Below, in pieces: positions 24,530-35,474 of a stretch of 64,000 nucleotides of DNA; position 1 is the first letter of the stretch, and every line of letters starts with the position of its first letter. A program made the translations under genes and the position numbers. Source of the DNA: Podarcis filfolensis (lineage: Eukaryota); assembly GCA_964270895.1 (NCBI GenBank), contig OZ185449.1. One strand, given 5' to 3'. The notes below the pieces were generated by a model, which was not told the origin of the DNA, did no database searches, and was given only the letters and a program-made list of their open reading frames with translations.

Positions 24530-25549
24530 CGGGCGAGGGGCCTGTGGGCATTCCATTTTCCAGTGACCCTCTTGCCTGCAGATGGCGCACTGGTTTCTTC
24601 CCTAGGCGTCTTCTGCCCCTCCCGTGGACACCCTCCGGGATTACATTTTTGGCTGCTGGCTGCTTGCCGGCTCTAAGTGCCATCCTCCTCTCTGGCTGTT
24701 TGAAGACAAACCCCTAATTATTTTGGCCGGGTCCTCTTCGAAAGAAGGATTCTGATTTAGGGTGCTTGGAGGTCTGTGGTCCTGGGCGTCGGATGACTCC
24801 AGGGGGTCGTACACTTGGTGGGGCGGGGCCATCAAAGTGGAGTTTTAGCTGCCTCAATTGCAACTTTTAGCTGCCTCAATTGCAACGTCAGTATTGTCCG
24901 CTGCCCTGAGGGCATTTATCTTGTGGATTTCCTCAATGGTTAGTATTGTAATCCTAGGGCTCTTTGATCCCTTGGGCTTAAATGTCTTTTTTTTAACAGT
25001 TCTGTCCCATGCGGCTCTCAAAGCCTTCTGCTCTGTTTCTTTCTGTCAATTCACATACTTGCATTGTGCTGCTTCTAGCCAGCTCTGCTTTTTAAAAGGT
25101 TCTACATACTGAAACACTCTTTTGGACTGCTTGTCCACTTCACCTTCTGAATTCTTCATTCTCCATATCACCTTCTTCCTCACTTTCCTTCCTCAGTCTC
25201 TTTGCTTTTGGGGGTTGGGTAGGGGGAACCTCATTTAGCCCTGGTGCAGTTGCTGCATAGGGTGGAGGGGGGCTAATTGTTCCTCCTTCCTCTTCTGGGT
25301 CTGGCAAGACTGCTGTTTTTTCTAACTTGTACTTGCTGCCATACTGGGCACAGTTTTTGGCTTGGGCTAATCACAGTTCTATTTTTCCTAAGCCATGGGG
25401 GACGGTCAGGAACTTCACATAAGTGTTTGGAGTCTATTTTTCTTCAGGTTTTTAAAATCCCCAATCTTCTCCCCTTGTGGCATCTTTCCAGTTTGTTCAG
25501 GAAACATCGCAGGGGGGTCGTGGGAGTTGTTTTACTGCTTTTTCTCCAT
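24530..25549 (-). pseudogene. gag: ERV gag remnant (MA, PPPY late domain, NC zinc knuckle; capsid largely missing)
   Basis: Frameshifted MA-like TTPLRCFL..NWKD..KNLKKNRLQTL from about 25525. PPPPY at 25271-25257. NQCAICRQEGHWKMECP (C-x2-C-x4-H-x4-C) at 24589-24548. MA to NC spans only ~1 kb. Confidence 0.8.
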
Positions 25550-25960
25550 GACCCTGGGACCCTGGAACACTGGGACACCCCGTCCTCCTAACGTCATTTC
25601 TCTCACTCAGTCACAGACCAGACATTGCTTTCAACATCTCATACACTCAAAACATTCACTGGAGTGTCCCCACACGCACATTCAGAAAAACCCATGCACC
25701 TCCCCCAATCCCCTTTTTTACCAAAAACCAAAACCACAACCGGCAGCGCTTCACAACTTCGACCGGGGCCCAGCAGCACCCTTTACTGCTTCTTCTGGGC
25801 ACAAAACCAACAACCAACCACAACCGGCAGCGCTTAGACTTCGACCGGGGCCCAGCAGCACCCTTTACTGCTTTTTCTGGGCGACACCAAAACCAGTGGC
25901 ACTTCTTCTACCCTGCTGGCGGAGCTGATCAAACTCTCTTTGCTCCCACCTAACCATGTG

Positions 25961-25970
25961 GAGCTTACCT
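25961..25970 (-). promoter_or_regulatory. ERV major splice donor candidate
   Basis: AG|GTAAGC about 200 nt downstream of the PBS; the intron would start at 25968. Confidence 0.6.
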
Positions 25971-26162
25971 TTTTCCTCGAGGTACCTTCTTTCTGCACGG
26001 CCGTTGCTTTTTCTTCGGTCCTTGCAGTGTGTCCACTCAGGAACGGGTGGCAATTTCTCCCACAAACTTGGCAGGATGTGCACTGGAACTGCTGACACGA
26101 ACCGAGCTGTTCACCACAGGGACGCCTTGAACCCACATCCCTTATCCTCGGGGAATCTGTTT

Positions 26163-26181
26163 TTCCCAGCCCAACACACCA
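26163..26181 (-). other. ERV primer binding site, tRNA-Gly(TCC)-like
   Basis: TGGTGTGTTGGGCTGGGAA starts 5 nt after the 5' LTR. The expected tRNA-Gly(TCC) complement is TGGTGCGTTGGCCGGGAA; the differences are two CpG-type C>T changes and one inserted G. Confidence 0.65.
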
Positions 26182-26186
26182 AGAAA

Positions 26187-26752
26187 TGTAGCCTTATGAG
26201 GCTTTGCCCTCGTATGGGAAAAATATTGCGCCTGGGAAAGGGAAGTGGGAGTCAACAAACACTCAAGGAATAGTTTCGGAGAAAAGGCTTTTATTTCTAC
26301 CATCCATGAACTGGTAGAAGGAGCAAGTGTGATAAGTCACAAAAAGCATGCACGAGTTCACAATCATGTGCACAAGCATATATACCCCTTTCTAGTTCCC
26401 TCCCCCTTTCTCCAGAGTCCTGCCCCATGAGTTCCTCTAAGCATGAACAGAAAGCTATCTTGGGACTCTTCCCAGGACAGGGGAATGAGAGTGGTTCAGC
26501 ATGTCCAAGCATGTCCAAGAAGTTGCAACTAGAATGAGATAAGATTCAGTCTCAGGCCTGCTATGAACAGAGCCTATTCATTAGCCTTTAAAAGTAACAT
26601 TTTGCCTTTTGCCACAGCATCTTGTGATAGAGCAGAGAAAAGCTGTTTTGGATTTTTAGAAGACAAAAGGAATTCTGGACAGTTTTGAGGCCTGGTGTGA
26701 TTATTGAAGCCTGGGGTGATTTCAGACAGGATTTGGGTATCCTGTCCCTTCA
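26187..26752 (-). repeat. ERV 5' LTR (566 bp)
   Basis: On the minus strand it runs TGAAGG...GCTACA, with a TATA-like TATATA near 26379-26384 and AATAAA at 26295-26290, and is followed by the PBS. Confidence 0.93.
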
Positions 26753-29342
26753 GTACGTAATCTTTAATGTAATCTTTAAACTGATCCTCAACATTTCACA
26801 GATCCTGGAGGCCACAACTTTCCTTTTTAGTGCAGCTTTTGAGCCATAAGTGGTCGCTCATTTTCCAAAGTGGTTTTCACTGCTATGGTTAAATTATTTT
26901 GGTGGCGCGCTCTCTCTCTCTCTCTCGTTTTTCAGCATTTACTGGCTGCCTTTCTGTGTTTATTAGAGTCTTCAAACTGTTTTTTAAGTTGTTAAGTTAG
27001 GCATAGGTATCAAAATGAATAAACAAGTAAAACCTATGGGTGCTTTTACTAGAGAACTGAAGAGCCAAACTCTTATTACGTTTGCAAGCATAGGTGACAC
27101 CATCCAGTTACTGCTGAATTGCTGTTCCATCATGAAGGGTTCAGATGTTTGGATGGCTGACAGCACACAACTAGTGATGTGGCTTTGCCCCCCCCCCCAA
27201 AAAAAAATCAATTGGAAAACTGCCAGGGGAACCACCTATGTAAATCAGGCTAATTTGCATGGACTGATTTGAGTGATTTACATATTTTTTTGGTTCGTAT
27301 CAGAAAATTCTCCGATGCCATCAACAAGCAGTCAAATTCACCATGTTTATTTTAATTGTATTTAGTAAGGAAAGATTTCAAAAACTACTCTGCGCCAGTC
27401 TTTTGTCGGGATGCACCAAAAGCATTTGACCTCAAATATCTGAAGGGTAAACTGAAAGCTTACTTAATGCGGTTTAAATATTACATTTTGCAGAATGTTT
27501 TACTGGAACGTTTGTGAAAATGAAATGACAATAGCAAGGGTTTCCTTTACATTGTTTAAAAACTACTAAAGTACTGAAAGCAGTTGACACACTAATAAGC
27601 TTTAGCAACCCAAAGAACTGTGTGTGATGTGCTGACTCGCAAATTTGCTAGGGATAATCACCTGAAAAACATTAATTACAGCTCTGGAGCTGCCAAGTTT
27701 GCCTAATATTATCCATTGTTACTAATAAACTTATGAAACACAATTTTCGGCAGGGGGGGAGGGAAGCACTGGAATTTTCCTGCCTCAAATCACTGACTTG
27801 CCATGATGGTTCAGGTTGATGTGAGTTGGAAGTCCAATAACATCAGCAAGACTAGAGATTCTTCACTTCTGATTACACGTATACAAAATTTAAAAACCCA
27901 GCTATGGACTGATGGCAAAAGAAAACCTTGCCAAGAAGATAAACATGTCATCATGTATTACAAGAAGTTTATTTAGTACCAGCAGTGTGTTAAATACCTC
28001 ATGGAACACAGAAGTTATCTAGCAATGCCTAGAGGATTTAGGAATATAGGAAACTGTCTTATACTCAGACCATTTGTCCATCTAGCTCAATATTCTCTAC
28101 ACTGACTGGAAGAGGGTTTCAGACAGAAAGGGCTCCCAAACTCACCTGGAAATGCCAGGGTTTGAACCTGGGACCTTCTGCCTAACTTGTGGATGTATGA
28201 TCAAGGATCGTCAAAGTGTAATCAGGATGGGGAGTCCTCTTATAGCAATGGAGGGGCAGGTAAACTATGATGAGGTGGTTCGGCCACAAGCTTTCACAAC
28301 CTGGGACCTTCCAGGTGTTTTGGACTACACCTCTCACCATTCCTGACCATGGAATGGACCATGTTTGCTGGGACCAATGGGAGTTGGATTCTAGGACATT
28401 TGGATGGCTCCAGGGTTGGGGAGGGCTGTGTACACTCTGTTCTGCTCTGCAATTAAAGCAAGCCACAGCTAAGATGATAGACGGGTACATTGATAACTTA
28501 GCAGATGGCAAGGCACCTGCAGAGCACAGAGAAGCTACATTAGGATTAGGCCAGTAAGTCTGGACTGACTCACAGTGACACTAAAAGCCATGTAACATTC
28601 AGCAGAGCTCAGATTTACTTCCAGGTGCTTCAGCAGTTCAAAAAAATTATGTGCCAGACAAACATAAAAAAAGCCAGGCAAGTCTTTGTTCCTGCCTGAC
28701 ATCCCTTCTCTGGTGGAGGCCTGAAAGCCAAAAGGCAACTTCAAACACACTTTCCAATTGCTTACAGGCAACCACCATTTTGCACGGGGGTTCCTTTCCT
28801 GACCCCCACAGGCATTGGCAGAGCAAGTGTAAGCCAGCATGATGCTTGCGTGCACAGTGTGCATCAATTGGGCATGCCTGAAATGGTTGCTGCCTGTAAT
28901 TTATTTTTAAACACTGTATATACCGCTTAATTGTAAAAAAAACCGCAAAGCCAATTGGGGTAGCCAACATGGTACCCTTCAGAAGTTGTTGAACTCCAAT
29001 TCCCATCAGTCCTACCAAGTATTACCATTAATCAGGGATGATGGGAGTTGTAGTCCAACAACACCTGGAGGGCACCACGTTGGGTACTTCTACCAAGAAG
29101 GCAACTTAATGTCCTTTCCTGTTCATAGGACATTAAGTTGCCTTCTTGCTAGAAGCCAGATATTTTTATTTCAACAGTTACTCATCTGGATCAGGGGTGC
29201 ACAACCTGTGGTATTCCAGATGTTTCTGGACTACAACTCCCATCAGCCCCAGCCAGCGTAGCCAGTGATCAGGGATGATGAGAGGTGTAGTCCAACATCT
29301 GGAGGGTCTCAGGTTGTCCACCCCTGATCTGGAAGTTCCCTA

Positions 29343-29795
29343 TGTTGGGAAACTGTGTACGTGCAGCTACTCACATAGAGTCAATTAAGGTTTGGCAGCC
29401 AGCCAGAAGGCAATCTGAAGGAGTAAGTCTGCCTGGAGATAACAGAGGCATTGAGACCGCTCCCTGATTGGTCAAGCTCTCTCAAGGGAGTGATAATTAA
29501 TGGCCTACTAACTGGTAGTTGAGAGTTTTGGAGTTCAGTAGTTCAGTGTGTCAGTCAGTGTAGGAGTTGTGAGTCGTGTATGAGAGAGCTAGCTAAAGAT
29601 CCGTGTTCTGCTCCTGTAAATAGTCCACTGTATATAATAAACACCTAACTATAAGTTCCTGGTTCCTGCTTCATCTATCCTATCTGCAGGCAAGTTGCCA
29701 ATTGCTTCCGTGGATTCTGCGTGTGCTCTGCTAGGTCTGGCTAAGGTCCTGCAACTAGTCAGAAAGTTGAGAAACACCAATAGGTTTTGCCAATA
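29343..29795 (+). mobile_element. Solo LTR (453 bp), antisense to TMLHE
   Basis: Termini TGTTGGGAAAC...GTTTTGCCAATA form an imperfect inverted repeat; 5-bp TSD CCCTA (29338-29342 and 29796-29800); internal ATTGG box; AATAAA at 29636-29641. Confidence 0.75.
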
Positions 29796-30229
29796 CCCTA
29801 TCCCTGGTATGAAGAGTGGGATAATGGCTTGGAAATCAGGGAAAACAAGGAATACATCATTCAGATGTGGCAAAGGCTACTTCAGTGATGGGAGATGCAT
29901 GCTGCACGCAAATGATTCTAGTCCAATTCCTGAGTTACCAGATTAAAAGGTGCTAGGAAGGAAGCCCACGAAAGACCTTTGTTCAAATCTTAAAGAGCCA
30001 TAACCCAACATCTGTCATGTTCTTCTCCTCATCAGAGTTGCGCCATTTGCCTTAACGCAGTAGAAAGCTAGCAGGTTGTGGTTCTTAGCACCCAGCAGTT
30101 CCTTATATGCAGATGGAAAAGAGTGGAAGGGAAAGAATAGTGTCAAATGTATTAGAGAGGAAGACATAAGAGCTGCTTGTGGAATGCTAGGCTGAAGCAA
30201 ACAGGTTTTTGCAGTAGTCAAAATGAGTA

Positions 30230-30444
30230 CAGTGGTACCTCGGGTTAAGAACTTAATTTGTTCTGGAGGTCTGTTCTTAACCTGAAACTGTTCTTAACCT
30301 GAGGCACCACTTTAGCCAATGGGGCCTCCCGCCGCGGCCACGCGATTTCTGTTCTCATCCTGAAGCAAAGCTCTTAACCCGAGGTACTATTTCTGGGTTA
30401 GCGGAGTCTGTAAACTGAAGCGTCTGTAACCTGAGGTACCACTG
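30230..30444 (-). mobile_element. MITE family A, reverse orientation
   Basis: Same TIRs, TA TSD; reverse complement of the 18610 copy. Confidence 0.88.
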
Positions 30445-31189
30445 TATTCCACTTGCACAAAATGTCCTAGTAAAATGCTGGTAGAAATGACATTTTGTTA
30501 GAGCCAAGGCACATAGCAGAAAGAGTTATACATATTTATTTCCATTGAAAATAGCCAGGAGGGGAGCATGGCTACTCCGTTAAACAAATATGGACTACAC
30601 AAGTCGTTAGCATACATGAGTGCACAGGCACCTCAGCCAATCTCTTTGTGTGGCCCCTGACAATATACCGTAAACATATAGCCCACAACCTGAACAAATG
30701 ACAAAAAAAACCCTCCTTTCTCAGTTCTGATTTGCATTGGAGACAGCAGCAGAGGAGGAACAGAGGGAGCATGATTCACCCCAAGCAGATTCATTGTGGG
30801 GAACGTATTTGATGCTAATAAAAACATGAGTACATCCATTAGATTTGCAAGGGAGAGCTTCTCCAGGCAAACCCTTCCATCTAGATATGCCCCAGGATCG
30901 ACATCTCAGCATTCATTTCGAGAATCAAGCAACAGGTTTGGTAGGATTTAATTTTTTTGTGCCAGATTCAGCTATACAAACATGCCACCAAGTTATGAAA
31001 TTTGGCTTTCATGATGTGTTTTTCTGCCTTTATTTCCCCTCATTATCTGCTATCTATTTATTTGGAAAATACTATCTCTGAACTGCTCCTATGATTATGT
31101 TTTCTTCTTTGTACTTTTGAATTTACATTAATTAAATCTCCACCCCCTGTAAAACCCATCAACAGATACCACTATTTCATATCTAAACA

Positions 31190-32280
31190 AAAAGTGGCGG
31201 GGGGAGGGGTGGCGTAGAGCGCTCAGGTCTGCCTACGGGATGCAATCCTGCCACTTACTCAGTAGTAACCCTCAATGACTGACAATAGGACTTACTTCTG
31301 AGGAAACTGAAAAAACACGCACGGCGCTCTCTACACCAGCTGCCCTTTTCTGTCTCTCCCCCCCCCCCCAATCCCTTATGAGTTGTGACTTTTTTTCGGC
31401 GTGGGAAATGCACTCTGGGCGTGTTCAGGGGCACTTTCTCCTGGGGGCTCACATGTCCTACCGGCGAGCGGTCTCAATTAAGCGCAATAAAAGGCACCCC
31501 CACGAATGCTTCCGAAGTTCTGCACCCTCCTCCCCACCCCAGCTTCCCTTTCCCCTTCACTGCTACTGCTGCGCGCACCCCCCCCCCCCAGCTTTCAGCT
31601 CAGCATCCCTTACCTTCAAAGGTATCCGCACCTCTAGAAGACCGACCCGCCCCTGCAGGAGGAGGAACCCAGCGACCATAGAGTGCGCGGAGCAGAGTGG
31701 TCTCAGGAAAATAACTCTTTTGGTAGAAGCAAAGAGGAAAGTCATAATAAAACTGTTAAGTCACGTCCGGTTGCTATTTTAACCGTTCGTGCGACCAAGG
31801 CTCAGAGACAGAACGAGGGTGGGGGGCGTTCCACCGTGTGGCATTTCTGTCCGTGCCCCGCACATGGCGGTCATCCCACGGGAGAAGGAACGCCTGGCTG
31901 TAATCCCGCCCCCTATGTAGATCGATGATTGTAGGGCTCTTTGGAGTTAGTTGGTCGCTCGGCTCAAGGGGCTGCAGTCTCTGCGTATCGGTTTCCGGTT
32001 CTTGACAGCAGCTGTTAGGCTCATCCATGTGCGGGGCAGGAGCTGCGGGAAAGGCATAGGAGTTAACGTTAAAATGTAAGGATCTGGCGAAGCCGTCGTA
32101 ATCGGAGGCACTTTTTTGTTGTTGTTGCTCCAGTGTTCCCGGGACATTTTTTCGTTTCGTGTTTGCTTCAGTGTTTGCATTCTGTTTTTGCCGAAAAGCA
32201 ATCCCAGACTGGTTGTCAATAACATAGGCCATAGAAACTCCCTTCAAAACACTACCAAACACTTTGTCACGTAAATGCAA
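31190..32280. promoter_or_regulatory. CpG-island promoter of TMLHE, possibly bidirectional
   Basis: CpG is dense here against a CpG-poor background. GC boxes (cccgcccc near 31645 and 31905), a YY1-like ATGGCGG near 31864, ETS-like ccgg sites and an NRF1-like gcgcgca are present. Confidence 0.75.
31614..31700 (-). other. TMLHE: Candidate TMLHE non-coding exon 1 (5' end approximate)
   Basis: Strong minus-strand donor TTTGAAG|gtaagg at 31613 inside the only CpG island upstream of exon 2. Splicing to exon 2 gives AAG-G-ATG, placing an A at -3 of the start codon. The TSS cannot be fixed from sequence alone. Confidence 0.55.
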
Positions 32281-32287
32281 AACTAAA

Positions 32288-32763
32288 CAACACACACAAC
32301 GTGACAGGCTGTATGTAACTATATAACTTCTTTTTAAAAATTCTTTTTAATTCTTTTTAAAATACGATTCAACATATATCAAAATACGTGGTTCTGTAGA
32401 CCGACGTATCAAAAACATATTATAAGAAATTAGAGTCCAGCAGATTGACCAGGAGATACAATCTATTTAGTTCTTACGTTAGCAATATCCACGATGTGGA
32501 ATTCTTATATCAATCTTGCAATGTTCCATGTGAAGATGCTTTTAAGAATTCTGGCATTCCTTGTATGCAGGTGTAAGACGAAAGACTTAGAACTTTTGTC
32601 TGAAACTTACATACAAGGAACACCAGAATTCTTAAAAGATTGATATAAGAATTGTATCTCCTGGTCAATGATATGATATGTTGAACTGTATTTTTAAAAG
32701 AATGAAAAAGAATTTTAAAAAAGAATTTATATAGTTACATACAGCCTGTCACGTGTGTGTTGC
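32288..32763. repeat. AT-rich fold-back element next to the promoter
   Basis: Termini ACGTGACAGGCTGTATGTAACTATATAA are inverted. Internal blocks ttgaccaggagatacaat, aattcttatatcaatc and ttttaagaattctgg..ttccttgtatg each have a reverse-complement partner in the right arm. Confidence 0.88.
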
Positions 32764-35214
32764 ATAGAAACTCCCTGGCAAGGAGGGGAAGCTCTATTTT
32801 GTGGTTCACCTCATGTGCCGAAATGTCTTGGGCTTGCCCTGGTCATAGGCCAATGCCATCATCAGGCTGCCATTCTCCTGCACAGAGCAGGTCCTCCTCT
32901 TCCTCCTTCTCCTCCTGGTTGCTGCCTGTTCACTTTCATTCTCTCAAACAAGCAAAATCCTGGGTGAGCTGAGCAGGGGTGCAGATGGAGCCCTGTGGGA
33001 ATGGGCAAGGTGGTGGTTACATAGCAGTGGTTACAGCAGCAAAGAGGCTCTGTGAACAACCTCAGCATCTACAGGAGCACTTCCATGTGAGACAATGAGC
33101 TGGCAGAAGTTGACCAGTCCTTACAGAAAAACTGGCACTCCATACACTTGTTTCCTGTTCCCCGCCTACTGCTGGTCAGCCGTCTGTTCCCCTTCTGCTC
33201 AGTGCCACTGTCCTCTGCCTCCTTGTGGGCATCTGCGCCAGCGGCAAAAGGGAGGAGGAAGGGCAGCAGCAACTGCCCCAGGGTGTGTGAAAGGAGGAGG
33301 CTCTATCACCTCCTGCCTCTAGGTGAGGTTTGGGCCCAGACCATTGAACAAGCCAGGGGAAGACGCAACAGTGTGGTGTAGTGGTTAGAGTGTGGGTCCA
33401 GGACATGAGAGGGTTCAAATCCCCTCTGGGCCAAAAAAACTCACAGGGGTAACCTTGGGCCGGGAGCTGCCTCTCAGCCTATGCCTACCTCACAGGGCTG
33501 AATGAGGAGAGGATCATGGAGCCACCTTATTTACTTCATTTATTTATTTAGTTAGTTTTATTTATACCCCGCTTCCCTGGCCAAGACCAGGCTCAGGGCG
33601 GCTAACATCAAGTACAAAAACAATTAATTAAAATACAACTTAAAAGCAGGATTAAAGTACAACTTAAAATGCAGCCTCATTTCAGTGGAAGCTCTTGAGC
33701 TCTTTGGAGATGAAGGTGGGATATGTTTTAATCTGGGAAAGCCAAGCAACACCTTTGACAACCCCAACTTTTGTGACTGCCTGCCATCCCCATCCCCCCC
33801 CCCCCCCCCCCGTTCAAGGCTCTGCCTTGGCTCTGCTGACCAGCAGCAGGAGAGAGACAGGGGCGAATAGGGCCTCCAGGGACATCTGGTTTTTTGGGGG
33901 GGGAGGGGTCTCCAGGGGAGAAAACGGGGCTCCAAGCACAGCACAGCTGACTGCCCCCCTGTGGACATCCGTGAAAAAAAGCCACAGAGTAAAAAATGAC
34001 TCAGTTGCACCACTAGGAGGGAGCAGCAGCAGCATTGGCTGCTGGCCCCCCCCCCATTTGCCCGTTTCCCACCCTTGGCCGCTGTCCCACCAGCAGGGAT
34101 GGCAGTTGTGGGGGCAGCAGGGAGGGAGAGTTGCAGGGAGGACTGGCAGCCAACACCTTCCCCCGGGCCTGGGTGATGGGAGGGTTAAGGAGCTTTCCTG
34201 CCTTTCAGCAAGGCTAGCACAGGTTTGGAGGGGACCCCATTTTGCGGGGGGTGGGGGCGTTCATAGTAAATTATCCTTTTCAGCAACTGATGTTGGTTGA
34301 ATGGTAGTCTGGTTCTGCTGTAAGAACTGCAAACCTCTGGGCAGATCAGGAGCCCTATATGCACAAGTGCTAAGGACATCCTCCACCCCTGCTTTTGCTG
34401 CAATTATTGATTATTGTTTTTGCAGTTTGCTATCTTGTAAAAATGCAATGATGTTTAAATACATCCTAACTCTCTGCATATTCGATTTTGTTTGTCAGGC
34501 TGTAATGCAAAAAAAAAAAAAGTACTAAGAGTGTTGTGCACTCAGGTAGTTCCTAATTCACGTAATGTCACAGACATTATTTGTATGGGCATTTTAATGC
34601 ACTGTAAGATAGATGTTCTACCATGTTACTGTTATTTATTGTTTGTAAGCCGCTTTGGGATCTTTTGAATTAAAAGTGTCATAGAAATAAAATCCATCCG
34701 TTCAAACCCTCTGCCTATTTATATGGTCTTCCAAGCGTGCACTGAATTACAACATGGGTGGGTGTTTCTGTTCTTATACTTGGCGTGCTATTAACATTAC
34801 TTTGCAGGAAGTTGACGCGTAAACTTGCTGAAGGAAAAAGGATTTAAATATGCTGCAAATTATCGTAGAATTATCTGTGGCATCATTGCATTGCGCCTGT
34901 AATTGTCCCTGCGGTCTGCTACTGGATGGGCAGCTACATGGAGCTGTAACGTGCTGCGAATATCTCTATTTTGTGGCAACTTTTTCTTCTTCTTCTGGCT
35001 ATTGTATACAATACAGTGGCGTTTTAAATACAGCGCTGGCAAGTCAGTCACAACTGGACCTAATGGTCAGGGGTCCCTTTACCTTTACCTTTAAAATGCA
35101 AAAATGAAATAAAATGCTTTTCTTTCTTTTTACTGGGACTGTGATGTGCTACGTAAGAAATAATGTGCTGTGCTGATGTAAGAAATAATGACTATTTAAC
35201 GGTAAAACGGTAAT

Positions 35215-35303
35215 TAGCTAAAGTGGTGCTTCAGGTTAAGAACAGTTTCAGGTTAAGAACGGACCTCCGGAACGAATTAAGTACTTAACCCGAGGTACCA
35301 CTG
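35215..35303 (+). mobile_element. MITE family A, 3' fragment
   Basis: Right TIR aacccgaggtaccactg followed by TA. Confidence 0.8.
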
Positions 35304-35474
35304 TATATAAGAAAGTTTCTCTAACTGGCAGCCTTCTCTGATTTTCCTTTCAGAAGATCTACCGGTAATTGTAGAAGACCTCGAGGAAGAGCAGGAAGAG
35401 ACTGGAGGGAGATGGCAGGAGGAAAAAACACCAAGGAAAACTTGAAGGTAATGTCGATTTCCAAGGATATGTTT

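Larger units (their letters stand above)
22271..26752 (-). mobile_element. Endogenous retrovirus, class I (gamma-like), internally deleted and non-autonomous, 4482 bp, sense to TMLHE in intron 1
   Basis: Two direct LTRs with TG..CA termini; 4-bp TSD GTAC (22267-22270 and 26753-26756); PBS; PPT; gag MA, PPPY and CCHC remnants; env SU remnant. No pro/pol recognised. Confidence 0.92.

Noticed and set aside
25395-25928. 177-aa ORF antisense to the ERV leader (possible antisense protein)
   Set aside because: Its length is explained by the 83-bp tandem duplication and base composition, and it shows no family similarity.
31774-32295. 173-aa minus-strand ORF at the promoter
   Set aside because: It has a non-ATG start and lies in a stop-poor CpG island, with no recognisable homology.
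33695-34300. Longest ORF in the track (201 aa, +)
   Set aside because: It runs through poly-C/poly-G tracts and GC-rich repeat-like DNA, is low in complexity, and has no recognisable domain or splice context.
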